Part shown: piece after piece, positions 8,930 to 16,669 of the stretch
Numbering within the stretch: the stretch's first letter is position 1
Layout of the letters: each line of letters opens with the position of its first letter
Virus record (IMG/VR): IMGVR_UViG_3300034104_004859
Reading direction: 5' to 3' (one strand)
DNA from: an uncultured virus (IMG/VR IMGVR_UViG_3300034104_004859)
Lineage: Duplodnaviria; Heunggongvirae; Uroviricota; Caudoviricetes
Length of the DNA: 20,000 nucleotides
Notes under the pieces: model-generated
The model's database searches: none
What the model was told of the DNA's origin: nothing
Seen by the model: the letters and a program-made list of their open reading frames with translations, nothing else
Position numbers and translations under genes: made by a program

Positions 8930-9688
8930 ATGGCATACTTAGATAAATCAAAATTAATAATTTTAGTTACAGGAACTACAATAGAACCTTGGGACCAAAA
9001 TTGGAAAGAATGTGAAAATACTTGGATTCCTGAATTGAGAAAACTTGGATATAATGTTATGATTGCGATAGGTAATCCTGATTTGGATACTGATTATTCT
9101 ATTAATGGTAATATAATTACTTTTAAAGCAGATGATACCAAAACGGGATTGTTTGATAAATCAATTAGATTGCCAATCAAATGGATATTACAACAAACCG
9201 ATTATGAATATTATTTTAGAATAGATTCCGATTCATTTGTTGCACCAATACGATTTGATAGAATGATGATAGAAAATTTTTATGAAATACCAAATCTTCA
9301 TTATATGGGATGCTCTCATCCAGCTAATTTTATCAATCCACATTTACATAAAAGATTTTTTGTTTGTAAAGAAGGTACAATTGCAAGTGGGTGTGGTTAT
9401 ATGATATCAAAAGAAGCTATGATAATAGCGGATGCTAAAATGAGAATAGATGCGGAAGTTGATTATCAAATTGATGATTGGGTTTTGGGTAGAGCAATGT
9501 GGGAAAACGGAGTACAACTTTTACATGATTCCAGAATATTATTTGAATCAAAGTATAATAAATTGGCAGCCGATCCTGATAACATAGGTTTGCCTGATAT
9601 AGATAATCCACAATCACATTTAGCACTTCAACATTATATGAATGGACATATGGAAGAAGCAATGATAAGTTTAGGATATAGAAAATAG
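8930..9688 (+). CDS. GT-A glycosyltransferase, GT31/Fringe (beta-1,3-galactosyltransferase)-like
   Basis: YEYYFRIDSDSFV (DxD motif), SGCGYMIS, IDDWVLG, C-terminal His. Confidence 0.75.
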   Translation: MAYLDKSKLIILVTGTTIEPWDQNWKECENTWIPELRKLGYNVMIAIGNPDLDTDYSINGNIITFKADDTKTGLFDKSIRLPIKWILQQTDYEYYFRIDSDSFVAPIRFDRMMIENFYEIPNLHYMGCSHPANFINPHLHKRFFVCKEGTIASGCGYMISKEAMIIADAKMRIDAEVDYQIDDWVLGRAMWENGVQLLHDSRILFESKYNKLAADPDNIGLPDIDNPQSHLALQHYMNGHMEEAMISLGYRK

Positions 9689-9693
9689 AAGTT

Positions 9694-10053
9694 ATGAAGT
9701 TTAGAACAAGAAAATTAATTAAGCCCGAAGATTTAAATGCTAGGGGTACATTATTCGGCGGACAGATGTTAAAGTGGATAGATGAAGAAGCATCTATATT
9801 TACAATCTGTCAATTGAAAGAACGTAGTATTGTTACAAAGGCAATGAGTGAAATCAACTTTGTAGCATCTGCAAAAACAGGTGATATCATTGAGATAGGC
9901 TGTGAGTTAGTACAATTTGGTACAACATCAGTTACTATAAGTTGTGAGGTACGGAACAAAGATAGTAAGCAAACCATTATCCGAATTGATAAAATAGTTT
10001 TTGTTACAGTAGATGAAAACGGAAGACCAAAACCACATGGAATTGTTAAATAA
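9694..10053 (+). CDS. Hotdog-fold acyl-CoA thioesterase (YciA-like)
   Basis: PEDLNARGTLFGGQMLKWIDE, GTTSVTI, FVTVDENGRP. Confidence 0.9.
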   Translation: MKFRTRKLIKPEDLNARGTLFGGQMLKWIDEEASIFTICQLKERSIVTKAMSEINFVASAKTGDIIEIGCELVQFGTTSVTISCEVRNKDSKQTIIRIDKIVFVTVDENGRPKPHGIVK

Positions 10054-10631
10054 TGAAAGAGTACATTTGTGCATACTGTGGTAAAGATACATCTGACGTA
10101 GATTATGATTATTTAGTTGGATTCAATCACTTATCATGTGTACTTATGGACCAACTTTCAGATGCTCTTGATAAAGAAAAAAATATGAATAAGAAAAAAC
10201 CCATAGAGATATCAAATTGGAATAAGTTAAGTGATAGTAAGTTTGATGTGATGGGAGCTAGTTTTTTTATATCCGATACTAGCCATGCTAGTAATTTATA
10301 TACGGCTTGGGTACACCCATTGGATAATAGTGAGGCTTTTGCTAGAGTTACTTTATTTTCGGATAATATGGATATGCAAGTTAAGGTACTTCCGCCGGTT
10401 AAATATGATAGTATGATACCATATGAGTTGACTAGTACTATAACAAAGAATCACATATCCAATCCATCTATCTTTATACAAACTATTGCGGAGGCACTAT
10501 TAAGTGACCCAACAACAAGAGATATTTTATCGTATGTTAGTAGAGAGCAAGATAATGTTAGACGATTTAAAGGTAGGGGATATTCATCTTCATCTGGTTT
10601 AAGTGGAAGTAGTGGAAATACAATTTGGTAA
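10053..10631 (+). CDS. Hypothetical protein with N-terminal Zn-finger-like motif
   Basis: CAYCGK...HLSC at the N-terminus; Ser/Gly-rich tail; TAATG overlap. Confidence 0.7.
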   Translation: MKEYICAYCGKDTSDVDYDYLVGFNHLSCVLMDQLSDALDKEKNMNKKKPIEISNWNKLSDSKFDVMGASFFISDTSHASNLYTAWVHPLDNSEAFARVTLFSDNMDMQVKVLPPVKYDSMIPYELTSTITKNHISNPSIFIQTIAEALLSDPTTRDILSYVSREQDNVRRFKGRGYSSSSGLSGSSGNTIW

Positions 10632-10655
10632 TATCGGGTATTTTTCGTATCTTTA
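10623..10655 (+). promoter_or_regulatory. Bacteroidota-type promoter (copy 3), probably giving a leaderless mRNA
   Basis: ATTTGGTAATATCGGGTATTTTTCGTATCTTTA followed by CAAT-ATG(10660). Confidence 0.75.
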
Positions 10656-10659
10656 CAAT

Positions 10660-10998
10660 ATGAATTTATTAATAGGGTTTCTTTATGGGTTAGTAGCACA
10701 AATATTAACCTTTTTACAATTACAAGGTAGTATCAAATATGGTTGGTATGAAAAATATCCAATCATAATAATTTTAGCATCTATACCATCGGGTTGGTTA
10801 TTCCTAAAATCAGTACAATATTTTGTTACTGCATTTGGAGGTGAAATATGGCCATCTCGTTTGATAGGATATGGAATTGGAGTTGTGATATTTACTTTGA
10901 TGAGCTACTATTTATTTAAAGAACCACTTAACGCAAAAACATTAGTTTGTTTGGGATTGAGTGTTGCTATAATATTGATACAAATACTTTGGAAATAA
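10660..10998 (+). CDS. 4-TM small membrane protein, DMT/SMR-like (start moved from 10603)
   Basis: MNLLIGFLYGLVAQILTF...; four hydrophobic helices and an FKEPLNAKTLVCLGL DMT-like C-terminal hairpin; the longer start overlaps the upstream gene and promoter. Confidence 0.75.
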   Translation: MNLLIGFLYGLVAQILTFLQLQGSIKYGWYEKYPIIIILASIPSGWLFLKSVQYFVTAFGGEIWPSRLIGYGIGVVIFTLMSYYLFKEPLNAKTLVCLGLSVAIILIQILWK

Positions 10999-11012
10999 TA
11001 AAAAGAAATAAT

Positions 11013-11870
11013 ATGAATATAGTAATTACAGGTGGTGCTGGTTTTGTTGGAACTAACTTAGCAAAGAGACTAGTAGAAGATGGTCATAAGGTAATCGTAT
11101 TAGATGATTATTCAGTAGGTACAGTAGAAAATCAAATAGAAGGTGTTAAGTATATACCAATGAATATAGAGCAGATAAACTATATGAGTGGTGCGGAAGT
11201 TGATATATGTTTTCATCTTGCAGCACTTAGTAGAATCCAACCATCATTTGAAAACCCATCGGAGTTCTTTAGAGTTAATACATCTGGAACTGAAGCTGTA
11301 TGTGAGTGGGCTAGAAAGGGTAATGTGAAGGTAGTATATGCTGGTTCATCTTCACAATGGCATGACCCGTTTCAATCACCATACGCAATGTATAAGAAGT
11401 TGGGTGAGGATGTGTGTAAGATGTATAAAAAAGTATTTGGTACTAACATTGAGATTGCCAGATTTTATAATGTATATGGTCCACATGAAATTACCGAAGG
11501 TATGTGGGCGGCTGTGATTGGTAAATGGAGAGGACAAGTTGAAAAGAATCACCCAATTACAATTGTAGGTGATGGTGAACAAAGGAGAGATTTTACGCAT
11601 GTTGATGATATTGTTGATGGTTTGATTAAGATTGCATTTAGTGATGAAACGCACGAAGATGCTTGGGAGTTAGGTACTGGATTTAACTATTCTCTAAATG
11701 AAGTGGCTGATATGTTTATCAAAAAGTTCAATTGTGTGAAGGTGTATATGACTGATGAGAGGGGTAATTATAGAGAAACAAAGAGAGAAAATAATGATGC
11801 TCTTAATAGACTTGATTGGAGACCAAAAGATGTATTAAGAGAGTATATTGAAAATTTAGAAAAACAATAA
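11013..11870 (+). CDS. NAD-dependent nucleotide-sugar epimerase/dehydratase (extended SDR); start moved from 10947
   Basis: MNIVITGGAGFVG, FHLAA, YAGSSS, SPYAMYK (YxxxK), RFYNVYGP, GDGEQRRDFTHVDD. Confidence 0.93.
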   Translation: MNIVITGGAGFVGTNLAKRLVEDGHKVIVLDDYSVGTVENQIEGVKYIPMNIEQINYMSGAEVDICFHLAALSRIQPSFENPSEFFRVNTSGTEAVCEWARKGNVKVVYAGSSSQWHDPFQSPYAMYKKLGEDVCKMYKKVFGTNIEIARFYNVYGPHEITEGMWAAVIGKWRGQVEKNHPITIVGDGEQRRDFTHVDDIVDGLIKIAFSDETHEDAWELGTGFNYSLNEVADMFIKKFNCVKVYMTDERGNYRETKRENNDALNRLDWRPKDVLREYIENLEKQ

Positions 11871-11872
11871 TT

Positions 11873-12031
11873 ATGAGTGGCTTAACAATTTTCGGAATAG
11901 TTTTTGTGTTATTATGGGGGTGGGTTATCTATTGTGGGTGGAGTGCACCTATGATGGAAGAACAACCTGATGGTAGTTGGAAAACTATAAGACCGGAAAA
12001 GAAATTATCAGACCTCTTTAAGAAAAAATAA
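11873..12031 (+). CDS. Small membrane protein (52 aa, not in ORF track)
   Basis: MSGLTIFGIVFVLLWGWVIYCGWSAPMMEEQPDGSWKTIRPEKKLSDLFKKK; fills the intergenic gap exactly. Confidence 0.65.
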   Translation: MSGLTIFGIVFVLLWGWVIYCGWSAPMMEEQPDGSWKTIRPEKKLSDLFKKK

Positions 12032-12034
12032 GTT

Positions 12035-12607
12035 ATGAAAGTAGAATTTAAAGACTCATTCTTTGAGAGCTTAGAGAAATTGGTATGGTATGATAGCAAC
12101 CTATGGAAAGTATGGGCAGCTATAAGATATGATATTCCCCTATTCTTTAAGAATGTATGGAGGTTCAGAAAGGAGTTATATAATCACCAATGGTGGGATT
12201 ATCGTTTCCATTTAGAAATGATGTATCGCTCTTTGAGTATTATGGAGAAGGGAATGAGTGATAAAGGAATGGAAGTTGCTGAGACCCGAAATGTAAAGTT
12301 AATAATGATGCGTAGAGCATTAGAGTTACTTAAACATAAGTTGGATGATGATTATATCCAAAGAGCTGAATTAGAATTGGGTGAAATCAATCATAGTGAA
12401 TTTGAGTTTGAGAAAACCGAAGATGGGAATTATACATTGATAGATAACGATACAGAAGAAGATAAGAAGCACGCTAGGAAAGTATATAAGAGAGCAAGAG
12501 TTATAGAAGACAAAGAGTGGAAGGAATTATGGGACATCTTCAAAGGGAAGAAATTTACTACTTGGGAGAAATACGATGGTAGTGATTTGAGAGGATGGTG
12601 GGACTAG
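12035..12607 (+). CDS. Conserved phage hypothetical protein
   Basis: 190 aa; WRFRKELYNHQWWDY and terminal RGWWD motif. Confidence 0.8.
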   Translation: MKVEFKDSFFESLEKLVWYDSNLWKVWAAIRYDIPLFFKNVWRFRKELYNHQWWDYRFHLEMMYRSLSIMEKGMSDKGMEVAETRNVKLIMMRRALELLKHKLDDDYIQRAELELGEINHSEFEFEKTEDGNYTLIDNDTEEDKKHARKVYKRARVIEDKEWKELWDIFKGKKFTTWEKYDGSDLRGWWD

Positions 12608-12643
12608 AAGTCCAACAAAGGGGTAAACAAACAAAAACAATAT

Positions 12644-12841
12644 ATGGTGGGAATTATTATTTTTGTTGTTGCTTCAACAGCGTTACTAAGCTGGGCATGG
12701 GTTAGAGGAATTGACTACATGAACAAAAAACATCCTGAATACAAAGGAGAAGATTTGTTCGGAGAAGATGAATGTGTAACTAAAACCGCAGGTAGAGATG
12801 GTTGGGATGACAACATTATTCATGGAGAAGGAGATTTTTAG
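12644..12841 (+). CDS. Small membrane-anchored phage protein
   Basis: N-terminal TM followed by WVRGIDYMNKKHPEYKGEDLF. Confidence 0.7.
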   Translation: MVGIIIFVVASTALLSWAWVRGIDYMNKKHPEYKGEDLFGEDECVTKTAGRDGWDDNIIHGEGDF

Positions 12842-12921
12842 TACTAACTAAATTTATTCCAAAAAAAGCAATATTAACTATTGCCAGGCGAAGTATTATC
12901 TAAAAATTAAATTATAAAAAT

Positions 12922-13494
12922 ATGTTACCATTAAAAGAAGCCATAGCTGAGAAGCACTCTTTGGCAGAGAAAATGACATTCAATCAAAGAATGTTCAACG
13001 GAGAATTATCTAACGAAGAATACGTTTTGTATCTTTCGCAACAATTAGCAATATTTGATGCAATTGAAAGGAACGAATTACCCCATTCATCATTGAATCG
13101 CTCAAAAAGAGTATTTCAAGATATTAAAGAATTAATGAAATTGGAAAATGGAGAATCGTTAGATATTAAGCCATTAAGTTCAACTAACGAATACCGAAAA
13201 TACCTCAATACACTAACAAAAGAAGAACAACTTCCGCATGTATATTTAAACTACTTAGCATTGATGTTTGGTGGACAGATGATGAAAGCTAAAACACCGG
13301 GTAGTGGTAAGATGTATGAGTTTGATGGTGATATGAGAGAAATTGCTGAAAGCATTAGAGCTATCCAAAAAGATGAGTGGGCTGATGAAGCAAACAAAGC
13401 ATTAGATTATAACATAAACATATTAGATGAATTACAAAGAGTATCTGAATCAGCTAGCAACGAAGTTGAAGTTGATGGTGGAGAAAGCGCCTAA
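12922..13494 (+). CDS. Heme oxygenase (biliverdin-producing family)
   Basis: LKEAIAEKHSLAE (proximal His12), YVLYL, HVYLNYLALMFGGQ distal helix, YEF, DEANKALDYN. Confidence 0.85.
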   Translation: MLPLKEAIAEKHSLAEKMTFNQRMFNGELSNEEYVLYLSQQLAIFDAIERNELPHSSLNRSKRVFQDIKELMKLENGESLDIKPLSSTNEYRKYLNTLTKEEQLPHVYLNYLALMFGGQMMKAKTPGSGKMYEFDGDMREIAESIRAIQKDEWADEANKALDYNINILDELQRVSESASNEVEVDGGESA

Positions 13495-14065
13495 TTGCCA
13501 ACCACTACATACTGAGGATTATGGATGGGTCAATCACCGATACGAAGCTAAACATTTCCGTTTAGCGCACGTTGAAAGATATGCCGATGGTAAGATTGAG
13601 GTATTACACTTCACTACGTTTCCGCATAAGTGGTCTCCCGAACCGATATTTGGTTTTGATGTAATATGTACTGGTAAGATTGTTACCGGCGCCTATATGG
13701 ATTTAAGCCCCATTATAGACACCTATCCTTTTGATGAAGGAATGGATATTGGGGGTAGAAAACCGATTCCTGAGTGGGCTACTGTGTTCTCTGACCGATT
13801 TATAATGATTAAACCCGAATCGGATGAGGAATTTATCCGTTTTTGTGACTGGGTGGTGGACAAATATGATTGGTATCTAAATTCATTATTAAAGTTAGAG
13901 CATAAAACCGATAACATTAAAGGTGTAATAGAAAAACAAAATACTTATTGTCAGGTACAAGCATCTAATCCAAGAACCTATTCGGCATTAAAAGCTTTGA
14001 TAGGTGAAACGGAAGCTAGATACTTTATGGAAAACATTTTATTCCCAAAGATAGATGAAGCCTAG
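13427..14065 (+). CDS. Ferredoxin-dependent bilin reductase, PcyA/PcyX-like
   Basis: FRLAHVE, VLHFTTFP, PIFGFD, MDLSP, PEWATVFS, QNTYCQVQASNPRT, FMENILFP all align with PcyA motifs. Confidence 0.88.
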   Translation: MNYKEYLNQLATKLKLMVEKAPNCQPLHTEDYGWVNHRYEAKHFRLAHVERYADGKIEVLHFTTFPHKWSPEPIFGFDVICTGKIVTGAYMDLSPIIDTYPFDEGMDIGGRKPIPEWATVFSDRFIMIKPESDEEFIRFCDWVVDKYDWYLNSLLKLEHKTDNIKGVIEKQNTYCQVQASNPRTYSALKALIGETEARYFMENILFPKIDEA

Positions 14066-14423
14066 AGAAATACATATGGAACAAAAAGTACCTATTCAGC
14101 AATGGGCTGAAGAAAACAAAGGTACTATAATGGATGCAATCTATGAGAATGTGTCTGAATTTATGACATCTAAAGAGGAAGATAGAATTGTATTACGAAT
14201 TATAACAGGTCCTAAGAAGATAAGAAGGCCACAAAGTATAAATGATATTCCAATGAATGTGGACTTTATAATATCAAAGCAAGACATTCATGAAACTCTA
14301 CAAAAGTTATTAGAACATTGTATTGAGGTTGAGGAATACGAAAAATGTGCAGAAATTGTTAAACTGCAAAACGCACCACCAAAGAAAAAAAGGGGAAGAC
14401 CTAAGAAAACCATCATAAAGTAA
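14055..14423 (+). CDS. UVR (UvrB/UvrC)-motif protein with C-terminal AT-hook-like motif
   Basis: IEVEEYEKCAEI matches the UVR motif; PKKKRGRPKK. Confidence 0.7.
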   Translation: MKPREIHMEQKVPIQQWAEENKGTIMDAIYENVSEFMTSKEEDRIVLRIITGPKKIRRPQSINDIPMNVDFIISKQDIHETLQKLLEHCIEVEEYEKCAEIVKLQNAPPKKKRGRPKKTIIK

Positions 14424-14434
14424 TACTTATATGC

Positions 14435-15088
14435 ATGAGTTATTTAGTTGCTAATATACCACCAATTGAAGTTTATGTAGATAAGAAATTTCTATACGAT
14501 TTCCAAAAAGATGAAAAGGGTAATTATTTAGGAGATGGTGAGTGGGAAAGGGGACATTGGGTGAGTGTGAAATCAATTCCTAATAGAGCTTTACTTTTTG
14601 AAACATATATTGATTCATTTGGAGCAGTATATGACAAATTACCTATCCATGCATTCCGTTGGAGAGATTTAGAAACGGACGATAAAATATACCCATTGGA
14701 TTTCCTACAATTATGGGATTGTCTTTCATACAATATATCAGTAATAGAAAAAAGGGTATTAAGGGGAACGAAAACTTTTACAACTCTTAAAGACCACACC
14801 ATTATTGATGGTGATTATCTTTTTACAATTGATACTGCACATTCAGACCCAAACGAAATAGATTGTGGCTGGAGTGAAACACCAAACGAACATAAGTGCT
14901 ACAACATATCTAAATTAAATAATGGACAGTTTTGTGCACAACCAAACAATAGAACCCGATGGTATCAACCCAGTAGAACAAAAGATATAACAAAAATACC
15001 ATATTTCCATTATTCTACAAAAGTGTGGAAATGTGAAGATTTTGGAAAATGGAGACCATCTGATACAAATTGGGATTATACCTCTTAA
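14435..15088 (+). CDS. Conserved phage hypothetical protein
   Basis: YLVANIPP, GAVYDKLPIHAF, LQLWDC, EHKC, NGQFCAQPNNR; family recalled from large aquatic phages. Confidence 0.8.
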   Translation: MSYLVANIPPIEVYVDKKFLYDFQKDEKGNYLGDGEWERGHWVSVKSIPNRALLFETYIDSFGAVYDKLPIHAFRWRDLETDDKIYPLDFLQLWDCLSYNISVIEKRVLRGTKTFTTLKDHTIIDGDYLFTIDTAHSDPNEIDCGWSETPNEHKCYNISKLNNGQFCAQPNNRTRWYQPSRTKDITKIPYFHYSTKVWKCEDFGKWRPSDTNWDYTS

Positions 15089-15112
15089 TTAAAATAAGTA
15101 ATATTTATTCAT

Positions 15113-15430
15113 ATGATACGATTGACACACATATTAAAAGAAGAAGTAGTAGAAGATATTGATTTTGTAAATAACAGAATGAATGGAGCTGCTAAGATAA
15201 CTCAAAATGCAAAAGAGAAAGGTGGTGATGCTTTATTAACATACCATCACTTTGTTGTAAAATTACCTTATTACAAAAAAGCAAAAGATGGTGAGATGGA
15301 TATTGATGTTGCTAAAAAGGAGTTCGCAGAAACATTGAGTAAAATATCATTAGATATGGACCAGACTACTTTTCAAACCGAAGTTGGTAGATTAGAAGTA
15401 TTAGGTGAATTAATTATAAAATCAAAATAG
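15113..15430 (+). CDS. Hypothetical protein
   Basis: 105 aa; MIRLTHILKE start typical of large-phage proteins; preceded by ATATTTAT-N4. Confidence 0.75.
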   Translation: MIRLTHILKEEVVEDIDFVNNRMNGAAKITQNAKEKGGDALLTYHHFVVKLPYYKKAKDGEMDIDVAKKEFAETLSKISLDMDQTTFQTEVGRLEVLGELIIKSK

Positions 15431-15467
15431 TTACAACTTTCACTAAATAAATCATAGATGGACGACG

Positions 15468-15713
15468 GTGATAGTAAAAACAATCAACAAGCTGAAAAGC
15501 AAGGAAAACAGAATAATGCTATACAAAGATATGGCATTGATGCTGGCACTATTCTTCAATCCATTTGGGTTCGATGCCGTACAATATTCCCTAATATTAC
15601 TGACAGGAAGTTTATGGAAAGCGAACTTCGTTTTGTATTGTATAGCGGGGTTATTTTTTGGGGTTTATATGTGGTTTACGAAACGTTTAAATAAATTTGG
15701 TAAAACGGATTAA
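15468..15713 (+). CDS. Small 2-TM membrane protein (GTG start)
   Basis: LMLALFFNPFGFDAVQYSLILLTGSLWKANFVLYCIAGLFFG; overlapped by a second open frame at 15458-15694. Confidence 0.6.
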   Translation: MIVKTINKLKSKENRIMLYKDMALMLALFFNPFGFDAVQYSLILLTGSLWKANFVLYCIAGLFFGVYMWFTKRLNKFGKTD

Positions 15714-15727
15714 TTTTCGTATCTTTG
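15695..15727 (+). promoter_or_regulatory. Bacteroidota-type promoter (copy 4)
   Basis: ATTTGGTAAAACGGATTAATTTTCGTATCTTTG. Confidence 0.8.
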
Positions 15728-15747
15728 TATAACAAAAGGGAGGTCAT

Positions 15748-15990
15748 ATGGAAGTAAATGAGAAAGTTTTAAAATTAAAGGTTAGGGAACAAAAGTTAAA
15801 AGAAGAATTAGCTTATTGGGAAAGTGAGTTTCAACCATCCGGAAATATGGGTAAATGGGGTAGACAAGTTAAGGTAGATAAGATAAAAAAGGAATTGGAC
15901 GAAATTCAAAGTGATATTGGATTCCACGATTCTTTATATTTATCTAATGAAATATATAAACAATGGAAAGACGAAAATCTTACAAATTAG
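15748..15990 (+). CDS. Coiled-coil hypothetical protein
   Basis: 80 aa helical hairpin; preceded by AAGGGAGGT. Confidence 0.7.
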   Translation: MEVNEKVLKLKVREQKLKEELAYWESEFQPSGNMGKWGRQVKVDKIKKELDEIQSDIGFHDSLYLSNEIYKQWKDENLTN

Positions 15991-16655
15991 ATGAAGCCTC
16001 TTTAGGTAGAGTGTATCAGCATGTAAACTCAGACAAGAATGTTAAGTCTTGGGGTATGGTTACTGCTTTTAGAAGTTTGAATACGCCTAAAAAAAATAGA
16101 CAACTTAATAAAGAATTAGAAGCTCAAATTAGAGGTAAGAAATTGGGATTCTTTAAAGTTGAAGGATATTGGAGAGAATGCCAAGATTCTGATTTAGCTT
16201 ACGCAGATTGTCCAAAGGATAAATTAAAGGATAGTATTGAAACTACATTTTTTATTCCTAATATTTCAATAAAAGATATTCATAAATTTGGAAAACAATA
16301 TAATCAAGACTCTGTATTGTATGGTGGTCCTGAAACTAAAGGTAACGCTCATTTGATATGGAGAAATGGTTCGCAAGATAATGTTGGTAAATTTCATCCA
16401 AATATTATTCAACAAGCTTATTCTAAAATGAAAGGTGGTAAAACTTTTGGATTTAATGATACTCCTACAAAAAAGGCAGAACCATCAACTACTAAATTAA
16501 CAGGAAACTTACCAAAAGATATTGCGGATAAGACTGTTAAGAATCCACAAACTGGTAGAGATATCAAAGTAACATCAGCTTTAAAGTATGATGATAAAAG
16601 CCCTGTTTATAAGGCAGCAACATCTTTAGTTGCTATGATGAATAAGAAGAAATAA
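15963..16655 (+). CDS. Conserved phage protein with C-terminal NPxTGR motif
   Basis: EASLGRV...GMVTAFR...VEGYWRE...YNQDSVL core plus tail KNPQTGRDIKVTSAL. Confidence 0.75.
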   Translation: MERRKSYKLDEASLGRVYQHVNSDKNVKSWGMVTAFRSLNTPKKNRQLNKELEAQIRGKKLGFFKVEGYWRECQDSDLAYADCPKDKLKDSIETTFFIPNISIKDIHKFGKQYNQDSVLYGGPETKGNAHLIWRNGSQDNVGKFHPNIIQQAYSKMKGGKTFGFNDTPTKKAEPSTTKLTGNLPKDIADKTVKNPQTGRDIKVTSALKYDDKSPVYKAATSLVAMMNKKK

Positions 16656-16669
16656 ATAAGTTTTTTAAT

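Noticed and set aside
12868..12884. Inverted repeat GCAATA-N5-TATTGC upstream of heme oxygenase as an iron/heme operator
   Set aside because: Single short AT-rich copy, not a clear Fur box, and not found before the isc operon
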